A stretch of 34,016 nt of DNA from an uncultured Clostridia bacterium (GCA_937915245.1 CALDLU010000075.1:1-34016), one strand, 5' to 3'. Shown: positions 7,038-16,319, numbered from the stretch's first letter. Made by a program: numbers and translations. The notes: generated by a model not told the origin, from the sequence alone.

Positions 7038-7177
7038 GTAGTAAAATTAAAAAAATAAATATCTTAATAAACATAGTTTTAAGAAAGATTTGTTAAAAGG
7101 CATAGAATTACACTAGAAATATGAAAACATTGCTCTAAATGGCTAAAAATGAGTAATTTGGGCATAAAAAAAGATAA

Positions 7178-7378
7178 CTACAATATCTTCATTATCTTTT
7201 TCTTAATTTTATGTATTTCTTTACTGATTAAACTCTCACTACAATTTTCTTTCATAGCCATTTGAACTATGGACATATTCTTAATCCTATACTCGAATAT
7301 TCTCTTTTGAAAATCATTTAGCATTAGTTCTTCACATATTTTATTATATTCTGTTCTTGTAAAATCTAGTTTAAGCAT
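7178..7378 (-). CDS. 66-aa sigma-70 region-4 / LuxR-type HTH protein (putative transcription regulator)
   Basis: LNDFQKRIFEYRIKNMSIVQMAMKENCSESLISKEIHKIKKKI matches the region-4 HTH pattern (x-Q-x-x-i-...-s-x-x-e-i-A-...-V-x-x-x-i). There is a TAATG overlap with the upstream small ORF. Confidence 0.55.
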   Translation of the reverse strand: MLKLDFTRTEYNKICEELMLNDFQKRIFEYRIKNMSIVQMAMKENCSESLISKEIHKIKKKIMKIL

Positions 7379-7500
7379 TATTTATGCCCCATATACTTAC
7401 CACAAAGTTTACATCTTCTTCGACCTTGTTTGTCTTTTTTGGTGTTAGATTTGCGATATTTGGTTGTACGAGTTGTTTTATTTATTTTCAATGTTGCCAT
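7378..7500 (-). CDS. 40-aa highly basic peptide with a CxxC motif (below ORF-track cut-off)
   Basis: ATG at 7500 follows AGGTGG with an 8-nt spacer. Translation: MATLKINKTTRTTKYRKSNTKKDKQGRRRCKLCGKYMGHK. It is translationally coupled (TAATG) to the HTH gene. Confidence 0.45.
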   Translation of the reverse strand: MATLKINKTTRTTKYRKSNTKKDKQGRRRCKLCGKYMGHK

Positions 7501-7774
7501 TATTGTTTCCACCTATAAAATTATTATTACCATTCTCAGTATTCATATCATAAGTTTCAGTTGTAGTAGTTTCTACACCTATGTCATTAAGGGTGTGAAT
7601 TAAGTAACCAACTGTTCCTATAAATGCTATGAATGTTATAATCCAAATGATGAATAATCTTTTAGTTTGTTTCTTATAATCTTTGATAAGTTCTAGTGCT
7701 AAACTTTCTTCTTGTATTTCTTCTACTTGGTGTTTTATATCTTCTATTTCTGCTTTATCACTTTTTATTGACAT
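7478..7774 (-). CDS. XhlA-like membrane protein (N-terminal coiled coil, one TM) - lysis-associated candidate
   Basis: 98 aa with RBS AAAGGGGA. A coiled coil is followed by the TM segment LFIIWIITFIAFIGTVGYLI. It sits directly after the tail fibre gene. Confidence 0.45.
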   Translation of the reverse strand: MSIKSDKAEIEDIKHQVEEIQEESLALELIKDYKKQTKRLFIIWIITFIAFIGTVGYLIHTLNDIGVETTTTETYDMNTENGNNNFIGGNNNGNIENK

Positions 7775-7816
7775 ATTTTTTCCCCTTTCTTGGTAATATA
7801 CTATATCACTAAATAT

Positions 7817-8086
7817 TTATTTTTCAAGTATTTTTATATGATATTCTCGAATATGATGGTCTAATGCAATATTTATTCTTTCATCCATATCTTTTTCATA
7901 ACAATCTAATTTATTTTCTATTTTTTCAAGTTTATCCATTATGTTTTTTAGCATTTGGTCTGTTTGACCTTGTTTATAACTCGTATCACTTGCTTTTTTG
8001 TTGTCATCTTTCTTATCATTCCTAAAAAACGATATAACTGATAATATAGAACCTATTATTGCTATTGCTAAAGTTATGTATTGCAT
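7817..8086 (-). CDS. BhlA/UviB-type holin-like protein (N-terminal TM plus coiled coil)
   Basis: The track start 8104 is a TTG lying inside the RBS GAGGAG. The ATG at 8086 gives MQYITLAIAIIGSILSVISFF followed by a charged coiled-coil tail. Confidence 0.45.
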   Translation of the reverse strand: MQYITLAIAIIGSILSVISFFRNDKKDDNKKASDTSYKQGQTDQMLKNIMDKLEKIENKLDCYEKDMDERINIALDHHIREYHIKILEK

Positions 8087-8144
8087 AGTATCTATTCTCC
8101 TCAATATTATATTATCATATTATTTTCATTTTGTAAAATTTCCA

Positions 8145-10067
8145 TTATCCTGTTCTTTCCCACATATTAACTGCATAATATGGTGGCATGTTATTATGTG
8201 AAGAATTTGCACTTTGACCACCGATATCAATATAGTGATTATTTGAAAGTGAAGTAGTGTTTGTAGAAGTCCAAGCAGTAGTATCTTTACCTTGTGTGGA
8301 GTTACTGGTAGCAATAGAATAAGCACCAGCAGCACTACCTGCAGCATATGAGTAACCACCAGTACTAAGGTCATGATAGTGAGATAGGTCGGAAGTCGAA
8401 GTCCATATACGGCCCAAATTCTTTTGACCAGTTTCATCTGATGTCAATTGATGTCTGCATTCTCCTCCTCTTTCATACAACGGAGTATTATATTGCTCTG
8501 CAGCCATACTACCCCAGTAATCAGTTGAATTTGCTGCATTTGGACCTGTTGCTAATAAAAATCTACCAGTTATTTTTGCCCAAGTTCCACCAAATAACGT
8601 TGCTGGATTTGCATTATTAACTGAAATATATATTGAACCAATTGGGTATACTAAATCAAGTGTTGCGAGCTTACCATCGGTTTTTCCATCGTAGACCCCG
8701 TCTTTGTTCCACCAAAATATTGGTTTACCATAAGATATTGATTTGTCTACATATTCATCAATAATTTTATCTTTGTAATAAAATCTAAATTCATATTGTT
8801 TAGTATAGTCAAATGTACCTTCAAGTTGGATAATTCTATTTGTAGCCGAAGTACCTGAATATACTTTGTTACCATCTAAATAATAACCACCCTCAAGTGA
8901 AACACTTTCTATATCATCCCAAGAAGTTGATGACCCTTTTTCTCTTGATTTAAAACTTAATTCAAGTGTATTTGCAGTATTACCAAATGTATCATTAAAG
9001 TAATTACCCTCAAATGTAAGACCTACTTCACCAGTTGTTGGTTTAATTCGATAGAAATTAATTGGGTCAATTCTTAATCTAACATAATCAACCAATGGGT
9101 TTGAGGTATTTGTTGTACTAGTGCTATTTGAAAAACCCCTTGTATCGGTAGCAATAAGTGTGAATATATTTGTTGTTGCATTATTAACTAGATATGGGCT
9201 TGTACTAACACTTGTACCATTAATAGTATTACTTCTAATTGAAGCATATTGTTTTGAAGTCGAACTCCATGTTACTTGAGCGTTAGAAAAGCCTTTAACA
9301 ATTATATTGCTTTCCTCTGTACCACTTGTTAATTGAGCAGTAATTGGATTAATATCTTTTGCACTTATACTAACACTTGGCTTAGTTTCATTTTGATTTG
9401 CATATATTGTTGCAGTTGTTGAACTAGAACCAATTAAAGTTCCACCATTGTATGTATCACAATTAATTGTTATTGTACCACTTGAAGCATTTGGTATTTG
9501 TGAATAGAAATTAGTAGGAATAGTCCAACCATAAGAATATTTTACTCCCGTAGCAATTGTGCCATTTAAATTCCCAAATGAATAACTTAAAGTATGAGTA
9601 AAACTATCACTTTTTTGATTAATATTGATTGAACAAGCCGTTCCTATAGTTGTATTCGTTGCAGTTACGGTTGATTTTCTAGGAATAGTTGGAAGTGAAA
9701 CTGTTGTACTTAATGTTTTATTTAACTTTAAATAACCATTATATAATGTAGTTGTTATTGTTACACTTGCTGTTCCATCATCATTATGTTGAACGTATTG
9801 GTCTGAGTTAGTTTCCGTAATTGTTTTAGTACCGAAATAATATACACCGCTACCCTCAACTGTTGGTGCATAATCACAAGTAAATTTATAACCAGTACCT
9901 CCAGCAGTACCACCACTTAATACTGACCTTAACCTTGTATAAATTTGTGTCCTATTATTAGTAATGTCTTGGTTGCCAATTCTAGCATCAACATAGAAGT
10001 CTACCCATTGACTTGATACAACATTCCATCTCCAATAAATAAGATTTTGCCATGAATTATTTAACAT
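8145..10067 (-). CDS. tail fibre / receptor-binding protein
   Basis: 640 aa, Ser/Thr/Asn-rich beta-type sequence located after the Tal-position gene. The conserved C-terminal block YPIGSIYIS...FGGTWAKITGRFL...HNNMPPYYAVNMWERT is typical of Firmicute phage baseplate/fibre distal domains. Confidence 0.75.
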   Translation of the reverse strand: MLNNSWQNLIYWRWNVVSSQWVDFYVDARIGNQDITNNRTQIYTRLRSVLSGGTAGGTGYKFTCDYAPTVEGSGVYYFGTKTITETNSDQYVQHNDDGTASVTITTTLYNGYLKLNKTLSTTVSLPTIPRKSTVTATNTTIGTACSININQKSDSFTHTLSYSFGNLNGTIATGVKYSYGWTIPTNFYSQIPNASSGTITINCDTYNGGTLIGSSSTTATIYANQNETKPSVSISAKDINPITAQLTSGTEESNIIVKGFSNAQVTWSSTSKQYASIRSNTINGTSVSTSPYLVNNATTNIFTLIATDTRGFSNSTSTTNTSNPLVDYVRLRIDPINFYRIKPTTGEVGLTFEGNYFNDTFGNTANTLELSFKSREKGSSTSWDDIESVSLEGGYYLDGNKVYSGTSATNRIIQLEGTFDYTKQYEFRFYYKDKIIDEYVDKSISYGKPIFWWNKDGVYDGKTDGKLATLDLVYPIGSIYISVNNANPATLFGGTWAKITGRFLLATGPNAANSTDYWGSMAAEQYNTPLYERGGECRHQLTSDETGQKNLGRIWTSTSDLSHYHDLSTGGYSYAAGSAAGAYSIATSNSTQGKDTTAWTSTNTTSLSNNHYIDIGGQSANSSHNNMPPYYAVNMWERTG

Positions 10068-10079
10068 AACTTATTCCTC

Positions 10080-11702
10080 CTAATCTCCTACCCAGTATAC
10101 ACCAGTGCCATCTGAGTAATCTTCTAATCTTGACCTGCCTTGCAATACAAAGAAGTGTTTAACTTCCATATTATCACTTCGCACTACTGTTTGTTTAGTT
10201 TCTTTATCATATCCTGCAAATAGTAATTCAGTGTTATTAGCAGCATTATTAACTTTTACACCTATTTCATTTATTCTTGTATTAGTAGGTGCATTTGTTT
10301 TCTCATATAACATACCATTTTCATCAAATGTTCCACTTGTTGTTTGTACTATTTCACTGACAATTTTATTGCCATCTTCATCATAAAATTCACCTTTTAA
10401 TATTTTATTAACTTCTGTTTTCTTATAAGTATCAGTTTGGAGAGTTCTAACACTTTCTTCTAATGTAAGTACATCACTCGCAGGTGCGTAATTATCAAGC
10501 ATACCTATTATTTCTTGCTTATTTTGATTTATAGTAACATCAAGTTCACTCGTTTTTGCCGTAATTGTTTCAACTGTACCCTCTAGTAAATCAACTTGTG
10601 TTTTAACTATTCTTCGTTCAGTTATCGGATTATCCGAAACATTTGTAGTTACTTGTTGTTGTTCAGTTGGTATTTTTAAATCAACTTTTGACATTATTGT
10701 CATTTCATAAGTAATTGTATTGTCATATAACCCATAATAATGTCTATCATATCTATCAAAATATTTTATATCATCCCAACAATCTAAAGTAATATCACCA
10801 TAATTTTCAGTAGTTATTGAATAAGCAGTAAAATTTTTTACTATATTATAAATATTATCAATAGTAGTTTGGTCTTTTATAAATGGATTATCTTGTCTAA
10901 TAATTAATGTGTTATAAACTGTACTAGGTTCTGTGCTTGGAGCAGTAAAATTTCTTTTAGCATCAAAATATGTTACTTTTGATATTTGATATTTTTCTCC
11001 TACTTTCCAAGATTTGCTTTTAAGATAGTTTATACCTATTTCTCCACCGTTTTTCAACTCTTTTAATACAAGTTTACCATCTCTATCTATTTTTGCGTTA
11101 CAACCCTTTATTTCGGCTATATAACTAATCCATCTTTTACCACTTACGGAACTATCATACATACTTGTTTCAATATCACCATTTGTAGTTGGATATTCTC
11201 CAAGTTCTACACCACATTGTGTACATATATATTGAAGTATAGTATCTACTGTTGCTTTACCATCTACAAAACACGGGCTATAGTCTATTGCATCTTTAAA
11301 AAATATTGCACTATCTAAACAAGTTATTTCACAAGTTTCGTGATAATTTGCACCTAATTCATCTATGTAGTATATACCAATAGGAACATATACATAATCT
11401 TGTACACTATCAATATATTGTCCTATTTCTAATTTAACTTCTTTACCACTAACTATGTTTAAATTATATAAATTTTTAAATTTGATAGTTATTTGTTGTG
11501 ATACAAAACTTCCCAATGTAAATACTTTGTCATTTTTATTTATTATTGGGCTTGATATTGTTATTTTACTAATTTGAGAATTAGGAACTAAATCACCCCC
11601 TATAGTTAGTTTCGCTTTGTATTGTGATGAACCACTAAATGATTTAGCCCTAAATTCTTCTGTTATATCATTTCCACTACTATCTTTTACAATATATGCC
11701 AT
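10080..11702 (-). CDS. tail-associated (Tal-position) baseplate hub protein
   Basis: 540 aa, in the second position after the tape measure. It has a C-terminal coiled-coil extension. Confidence 0.65.
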   Translation of the reverse strand: MAYIVKDSSGNDITEEFRAKSFSGSSQYKAKLTIGGDLVPNSQISKITISSPIINKNDKVFTLGSFVSQQITIKFKNLYNLNIVSGKEVKLEIGQYIDSVQDYVYVPIGIYYIDELGANYHETCEITCLDSAIFFKDAIDYSPCFVDGKATVDTILQYICTQCGVELGEYPTTNGDIETSMYDSSVSGKRWISYIAEIKGCNAKIDRDGKLVLKELKNGGEIGINYLKSKSWKVGEKYQISKVTYFDAKRNFTAPSTEPSTVYNTLIIRQDNPFIKDQTTIDNIYNIVKNFTAYSITTENYGDITLDCWDDIKYFDRYDRHYYGLYDNTITYEMTIMSKVDLKIPTEQQQVTTNVSDNPITERRIVKTQVDLLEGTVETITAKTSELDVTINQNKQEIIGMLDNYAPASDVLTLEESVRTLQTDTYKKTEVNKILKGEFYDEDGNKIVSEIVQTTSGTFDENGMLYEKTNAPTNTRINEIGVKVNNAANNTELLFAGYDKETKQTVVRSDNMEVKHFFVLQGRSRLEDYSDGTGVYWVGD

Positions 11703-11705
11703 AGA

Positions 11706-12155
11706 TTATTCCTCCACTAATGAAAATGTCATTGCTTCATCTTCCTCATGCCAATTACCTTCTTCATCTTTCCATATTCTTTTAGTATCAAATTCTTTAT
11801 CACTTGCATACATTTTATGTATTGATTTTTGCTTTGTTTTTTTATCAGTTAATTCTACATATATCCACTCTGGGCTTATTCTATTTAATATATAAGCAAT
11901 ATCATCATCACTTAATATAGGATATGCAACTTCAAAATCTTCTGCATCGTGTCTTACTCTATTTCTATGAGTATAACCCTCTAAATCAGTAAAGGCATCT
12001 TTATCTACATCATGCAAACTCCTGTGCATAGAAGATGGAGTAGGAAAATCTTCTAAATCAGTACAAGTATAAGTGTGATTTTCACCCTCTACTCCATTAT
12101 GACCTATTCTTATAAAATTTTCATATTTGTTATAATTTCTTACTAATTTTACCAT
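11706..12155 (-). CDS. distal tail protein (Dit-position), short form
   Basis: 149 aa, immediately downstream of the tape measure. The call is by synteny only. Confidence 0.5.
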   Translation of the reverse strand: MVKLVRNYNKYENFIRIGHNGVEGENHTYTCTDLEDFPTPSSMHRSLHDVDKDAFTDLEGYTHRNRVRHDAEDFEVAYPILSDDDIAYILNRISPEWIYVELTDKKTKQKSIHKMYASDKEFDTKRIWKDEEGNWHEEDEAMTFSLVEE

Positions 12156-12169
12156 ATTTTCCTACCTTT

Positions 12170-15100
12170 CTATAAATCGTATTGTCTATCTTTTTGTTTT
12201 TGTTTAAATGTTATGAAATCTAATAGACCTTCAGTATCTCCTTGTGCAACAATATTTACTTGAACATTTTGGTTGCCTGTTGACATAAAGGCATCTAACA
12301 TACCTTCTTTTGTTGCTTGTCTAATACCCGTAACAATTTGATTTTGGTTTGCTACAGCAGTTTTTCCATCTAATGTTCCTATCATTTCAGCACCTTTTTC
12401 ATTTGCTTGGAATATTTGACCTTTTTCAACAAAACCACCTGATGCTTGTGGGTAAATAGTACGACCACCTAATACAGGCCCATAAAAATCATCACTACTC
12501 AAATTTGGAGTTTGGACACCAACTTTAACTTTAACATCAATTTTATTTAATCCCTTTTGTAGTTCATCACTAATTTTATAACCTTGTTCTTGCATTTTGT
12601 CAATTACTTCGGTTTGAACATTACTTGGTAATTTTTGAATATATTCTATAAATTTATCAACGGAAGTTTCTCCCATTTTTCCCCATTCATCAATAGTTTC
12701 AGTTGAGATTTTCCCATTGGTTGTTGCTAACAGTAATTTTAATTCTTCCATTTTAGTACTAGCCAAGTCTATTTGATTTTGGTAAGATTTTTTCAAATTG
12801 TCATAAGTTATATCATCATAACTCGACCTATTTCTTTCCAAATCTTCAAGATAACGAGTATTTGTAGTTGTAACATCGTTCCAATATGTATTTTGTTCAG
12901 TAAGACTTTTATTTCTTAAATTTCTTTCATGGTCAAAATATAAATTTATTGCTTCCATGTTATTTTCTGTTGCTAATTGTGTTAAATATTCCCAATCACT
13001 TATTGTAGTATTATACCCATCTAATGTTGTTTTTGTCTTATTGTATTCATCTTGTTGTTTTTCTAATGCTTTAGTTTGATTTCTCATAGCAATTTTTATA
13101 CTACCAAGTTTATCAGCAATTTTACCATATTCTATTCCTAATCTTTGTGATAATTCATAGCCTGTTTCATTGCCTTGTACAAAATTTACTAATTCTTCTG
13201 CATTTAAATTATACATTTCTGCTTGTTTTGCTAATTTTTTGTTAAAATTATCTTGAGCATCAGTTAGGTCTTTATACGCATTGCTTTCATCTTCTCTTGC
13301 TTTAGTTATTTTTTTAATCGCAATTTGGGCTTCTTCTTCAATTGCATTTAACTTAATCATTGCAGTTTTTTTCTCAATTATTTGTTCAATAGATTGTTTT
13401 AACTCATCATATTTTTGAACTACACCATCTACAATATTAATTTCAATACCTAAAGCATCAGATAATGTTGAAACAATGAAATTCGCTCTAGTTTCATAAC
13501 CATCTTGAATTTTACCATTTTCATCAGTTATTGATTGCAATTCATTCCATAATTTCTTGTAATAATCTTCTTCGGCAGTCGATGTTGAATATGTTTCATT
13601 AAGCCTTTCTACTGATTGTTGCCAGTTTGAATACATTGCATCTATTTCTTTAGAATGGGCTTCTATTGTACTCATATTGGTATTTAATACACGGTCAGTT
13701 TCATCCATATAAGCCCATATTGTTGTAATACCACCTAGTACCATACCAATAATACCACCAGTAGCACCACCAACAGCGGCTCCAGCAAGACCACCACCTA
13801 TAACTCCAGCAAGACCGCTTAATGAAGTTGTTAATATATTTGTTGCATTTACACCTTCTTCTGCCATATTTTTAGCGGATGCTTGAGCAAGTTTAAATCC
13901 TGCAACAATTCCAACACCACCAAGTAATACTGTTTGTAATTTTTGTGTGGTTGTTAATAGATTACTCCATTCATTTGTAGCAGTTGCTACATTGCCGAAA
14001 TTGAACTTATCGAATTTTTTCAAAAGTCCAAATTGTTCAACCAATAGTTGAGTAGGTGTCAAGGCATCCATCATATTTTTAACAAGTTTAGTTCTACCGA
14101 ATAGACCAATTAAATTCTTGATATTATTAAATAAAATCTTGCCCGCAAGAACTGTCATAAAGCCAACAAATATTTTTGCTTTAGGGTTTAAATCTTTAAA
14201 GTTTGTATAGATATTTTTTAAACTTTCACCTATACCTCCATATTTCCATTCCCATTGCCCAGTTTCTTCATTTAATTCTTTATGGAAACCAAGTAATTCC
14301 CTCATTTTATCGGCAATTTGTTTTGATTTATTTCTTGCATTATCTAAATGTAAATTATATTCTTTCATTTTGGCAAGAATATCTTCACTTACACCACCAG
14401 TTAATCCTCCAGCACCAGCACCACTTGTTGTTTTTTGGGGTGTTCTTATTACATTTAATTTATCAAAACTACGAAGTGATTTATTTAATTTTTCGTTTGC
14501 TCCTGTTGCACCATTTAGGCTATCTTCAAAATCATCTACATAACCACTTGCAATACCAAATTCATCTGCCCATTTTTCCACATCAATTCCAAGTAATCCT
14601 AATATTGAACTTACTATGGTATTTGTTGTCATTAAAATAGCATTTAAATAAGGTAATATGGTTTGCAATATAGGAATAAATACTGAACCAAGCTGTCTTG
14701 ATAACATATTCCATTGTTCTTGCATGATTTTTGTTTGGTTTGATACACTATTAATAGTTTTTGCTAAATCTCCATTTGCATTGGCTAATTGTTTTTCAAG
14801 TGTAAGATATATTAAAATAGTTTTTTCTGCTCTATTCATTTCATCAACAGATTTTTTAATTCCAAGATTTAATGCAGTTTGAGCAAGAGAAGTTTCAGTT
14901 ATATCTCCACCCAATGCTCTAATTGACTTGGTATTACCACTCATTGTTACTTGTAGTATTTGACCTGTTCTCGCAAAATCTAAATTATATAATGAAGAAA
15001 TATCAGCTTGCATTTTAAGTAAATTTTCACTTAATAATGCACTTGCATCTCCTGCAATTCCCATTGCACTTGACATTTGTTTATATACACCAAGTGATTT

Positions 15101-15433
15101 TACTAATGATTGTTGGTCTAAACCTATTATATCACTCATTGTATTAACAAGTTTTTTACCACTATTGTTAGTATTACCATAAGCAACATCAAGTAGGTTT
15201 AAATCTTCCATGTATTCAGTCTGTCTTTTGCTTAATTTAACCATTGCATTAGTTAAATGTTGAACAGTGCCTACATAATCTAATAAAGCACTTGATTTTA
15301 AAAGCATATTGGTTGTATCTATCAAATCTTTTGTAGCAGCCTTTTGACCTAGTATAGATTTGGTTAGATTTTTAAGTTCTCTTTCACCCTTTGCTTTTAT
15401 TTCGATAATTGTTTTTACACCATTTTGTGCCAT
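12170..15433 (-). CDS. tail tape measure protein
   Basis: 1087 aa, mostly helical, with a Gly-rich hydrophobic core (GGLAGAAVGGATGGIIGMVLGGITTIWAY). It lies downstream of the G/G-T chaperone pair. Confidence 0.9.
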   Translation of the reverse strand: MAQNGVKTIIEIKAKGERELKNLTKSILGQKAATKDLIDTTNMLLKSSALLDYVGTVQHLTNAMVKLSKRQTEYMEDLNLLDVAYGNTNNSGKKLVNTMSDIIGLDQQSLVKSLGVYKQMSSAMGIAGDASALLSENLLKMQADISSLYNLDFARTGQILQVTMSGNTKSIRALGGDITETSLAQTALNLGIKKSVDEMNRAEKTILIYLTLEKQLANANGDLAKTINSVSNQTKIMQEQWNMLSRQLGSVFIPILQTILPYLNAILMTTNTIVSSILGLLGIDVEKWADEFGIASGYVDDFEDSLNGATGANEKLNKSLRSFDKLNVIRTPQKTTSGAGAGGLTGGVSEDILAKMKEYNLHLDNARNKSKQIADKMRELLGFHKELNEETGQWEWKYGGIGESLKNIYTNFKDLNPKAKIFVGFMTVLAGKILFNNIKNLIGLFGRTKLVKNMMDALTPTQLLVEQFGLLKKFDKFNFGNVATATNEWSNLLTTTQKLQTVLLGGVGIVAGFKLAQASAKNMAEEGVNATNILTTSLSGLAGVIGGGLAGAAVGGATGGIIGMVLGGITTIWAYMDETDRVLNTNMSTIEAHSKEIDAMYSNWQQSVERLNETYSTSTAEEDYYKKLWNELQSITDENGKIQDGYETRANFIVSTLSDALGIEINIVDGVVQKYDELKQSIEQIIEKKTAMIKLNAIEEEAQIAIKKITKAREDESNAYKDLTDAQDNFNKKLAKQAEMYNLNAEELVNFVQGNETGYELSQRLGIEYGKIADKLGSIKIAMRNQTKALEKQQDEYNKTKTTLDGYNTTISDWEYLTQLATENNMEAINLYFDHERNLRNKSLTEQNTYWNDVTTTNTRYLEDLERNRSSYDDITYDNLKKSYQNQIDLASTKMEELKLLLATTNGKISTETIDEWGKMGETSVDKFIEYIQKLPSNVQTEVIDKMQEQGYKISDELQKGLNKIDVKVKVGVQTPNLSSDDFYGPVLGGRTIYPQASGGFVEKGQIFQANEKGAEMIGTLDGKTAVANQNQIVTGIRQATKEGMLDAFMSTGNQNVQVNIVAQGDTEGLLDFITFKQKQKDRQYDL

Positions 15434-15450
15434 ATTATCTCCTTTCTAGG

Positions 15451-16319
15451 TTAATATCTAGCCCAAGCATTAAATAGTTCTTGTTCCATAATATTAGCCT
15501 CTTGTTTTGTTAATTTTTTTAGTTTTTTATTTTCTTTTTGTTCTTCCTCATTTTTGAATATCTTATCATAAGTTGGATATTCTTTTGCTTGTTTTGAGAA
15601 AGCATTATTTAAAGCAACGGAAGTTGCAATATAATTAGTATATCCATTCAACCAAGAATTATATTTTGAAACTTCAACTTGTATTTTCTTTTCCTCTTCC
15701 ATTTTCTTTAAATAAAAAATTCGGTATGACCAATATAGTTGAGGGTCATCTTCCCAAAACTCTTTATCAGACATACCGAACATTATAGCACTAGGGTATA
15801 ACTCATTAAGATAAAATTCAGTAAGAGTTTCATAGTTCTTGCTATTATCTTCACTTAATTTTTGCTTGGTCGTAGTGCCTTCAAGTTTTTTAATTGTTTA
15901 TCTTTATTAACTAAATTAGTGTTTGCATCTTCAATCATTTGCACTGCCAAAGCCATTAGTTGTCCTTCTCCATATTCTTCGCAAGCACTTTCATATAGTT
16001 TACTTACTTCCTCTAATGACATTTTATATTCTGTATAAAGCATTATCCAATATAGTTTTTTATACATTTTTGTCATTAGTTTTCTATCTTCTGAAACATT
16101 ATCTAAATCATCTAACCCCTCAAATGGGTTTGTTTCATTAGTTATTTCTTCGATTTTTTCTTGATTTTCAATTAATTTTGCATATTCATTTTGGTGTTTA
16201 TCCCAAATTTCTTGCTCTTCCTTGCGATATTTCTCCCAAGCAACAATTCCTTTTCGATTAAGGAATAAAGTATATTCCTTACCATCAATTTCTATTACTT
16301 CTTTACTAAATTCTTTCAT
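15451..16319 (-). CDS. tail assembly chaperone G-T fusion made by -1 programmed frameshift
   Basis: The frame of ORF 15451..15783 stays open upstream as far as the slippery site, and it is the -1 frame relative to 15855..16319. Confidence 0.7.
15855..16319 (-). CDS. tail assembly chaperone (gpG-like)
   Basis: 154-aa acidic protein between the tail tube and tape measure genes. Confidence 0.75.
   Translation of the reverse strand: MKEFSKEVIEIDGKEYTLFLNRKGIVAWEKYRKEEQEIWDKHQNEYAKLIENQEKIEEITNETNPFEGLDDLDNVSEDRKLMTKMYKKLYWIMLYTEYKMSLEEVSKLYESACEEYGEGQLMALAVQMIEDANTNLVNKDKQLKNLKALRPSKN
15885..15891 (-). promoter_or_regulatory. -1 ribosomal frameshift slippery heptamer A_AAA_AAC
   Basis: The minus strand reads CAA TTA AAA AAC TTG in the G frame. 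In the -1 frame, ATT AAA AAA CTT continues without a stop into the T ORF. Confidence 0.7.

Noticed and set aside
6955-7105. 49-aa minus-strand ORF starting inside the attenuator (MGRAIHFVLKTLLVYKYSFF...), a possible leader peptide
   Set aside because: It has no usable RBS (AGAAAGAA only), and the reading frame runs through both arms of the terminator. The RNA-structure explanation is better supported.
7160-7200. Possible terminator overlapping the stop of the HTH gene
   Set aside because: The stem is only 6-7 bp, almost pure A-T, with alternative registers. It is too weak to call.
8126-8437. Minus-strand 103-aa ORF overlapping the 3' end of the fibre gene in another frame
   Set aside because: It is fully nested in the 640-aa fibre CDS, has no RBS and gives an implausible Leu/Val/Thr/His-rich product.
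14203-14882. Plus-strand ORFs 14203..14640 and 14658..14882
   Set aside because: They are antisense to the tape measure gene, low-complexity (His/Leu/Tyr-rich) and lack an RBS. The same reasoning applies to other antisense track ORFs: 3475..3693, 4716..4934, 5482..5838, 5810..6049, 7998..8201, 11617..11895, 15923..16141, 16222..16674, 18174..18404, 18397..18654, 18822..19007, 21120..21509, 22739..22930, 24421..24759, 25793..26101, 31101..31298 and 31594..31821.
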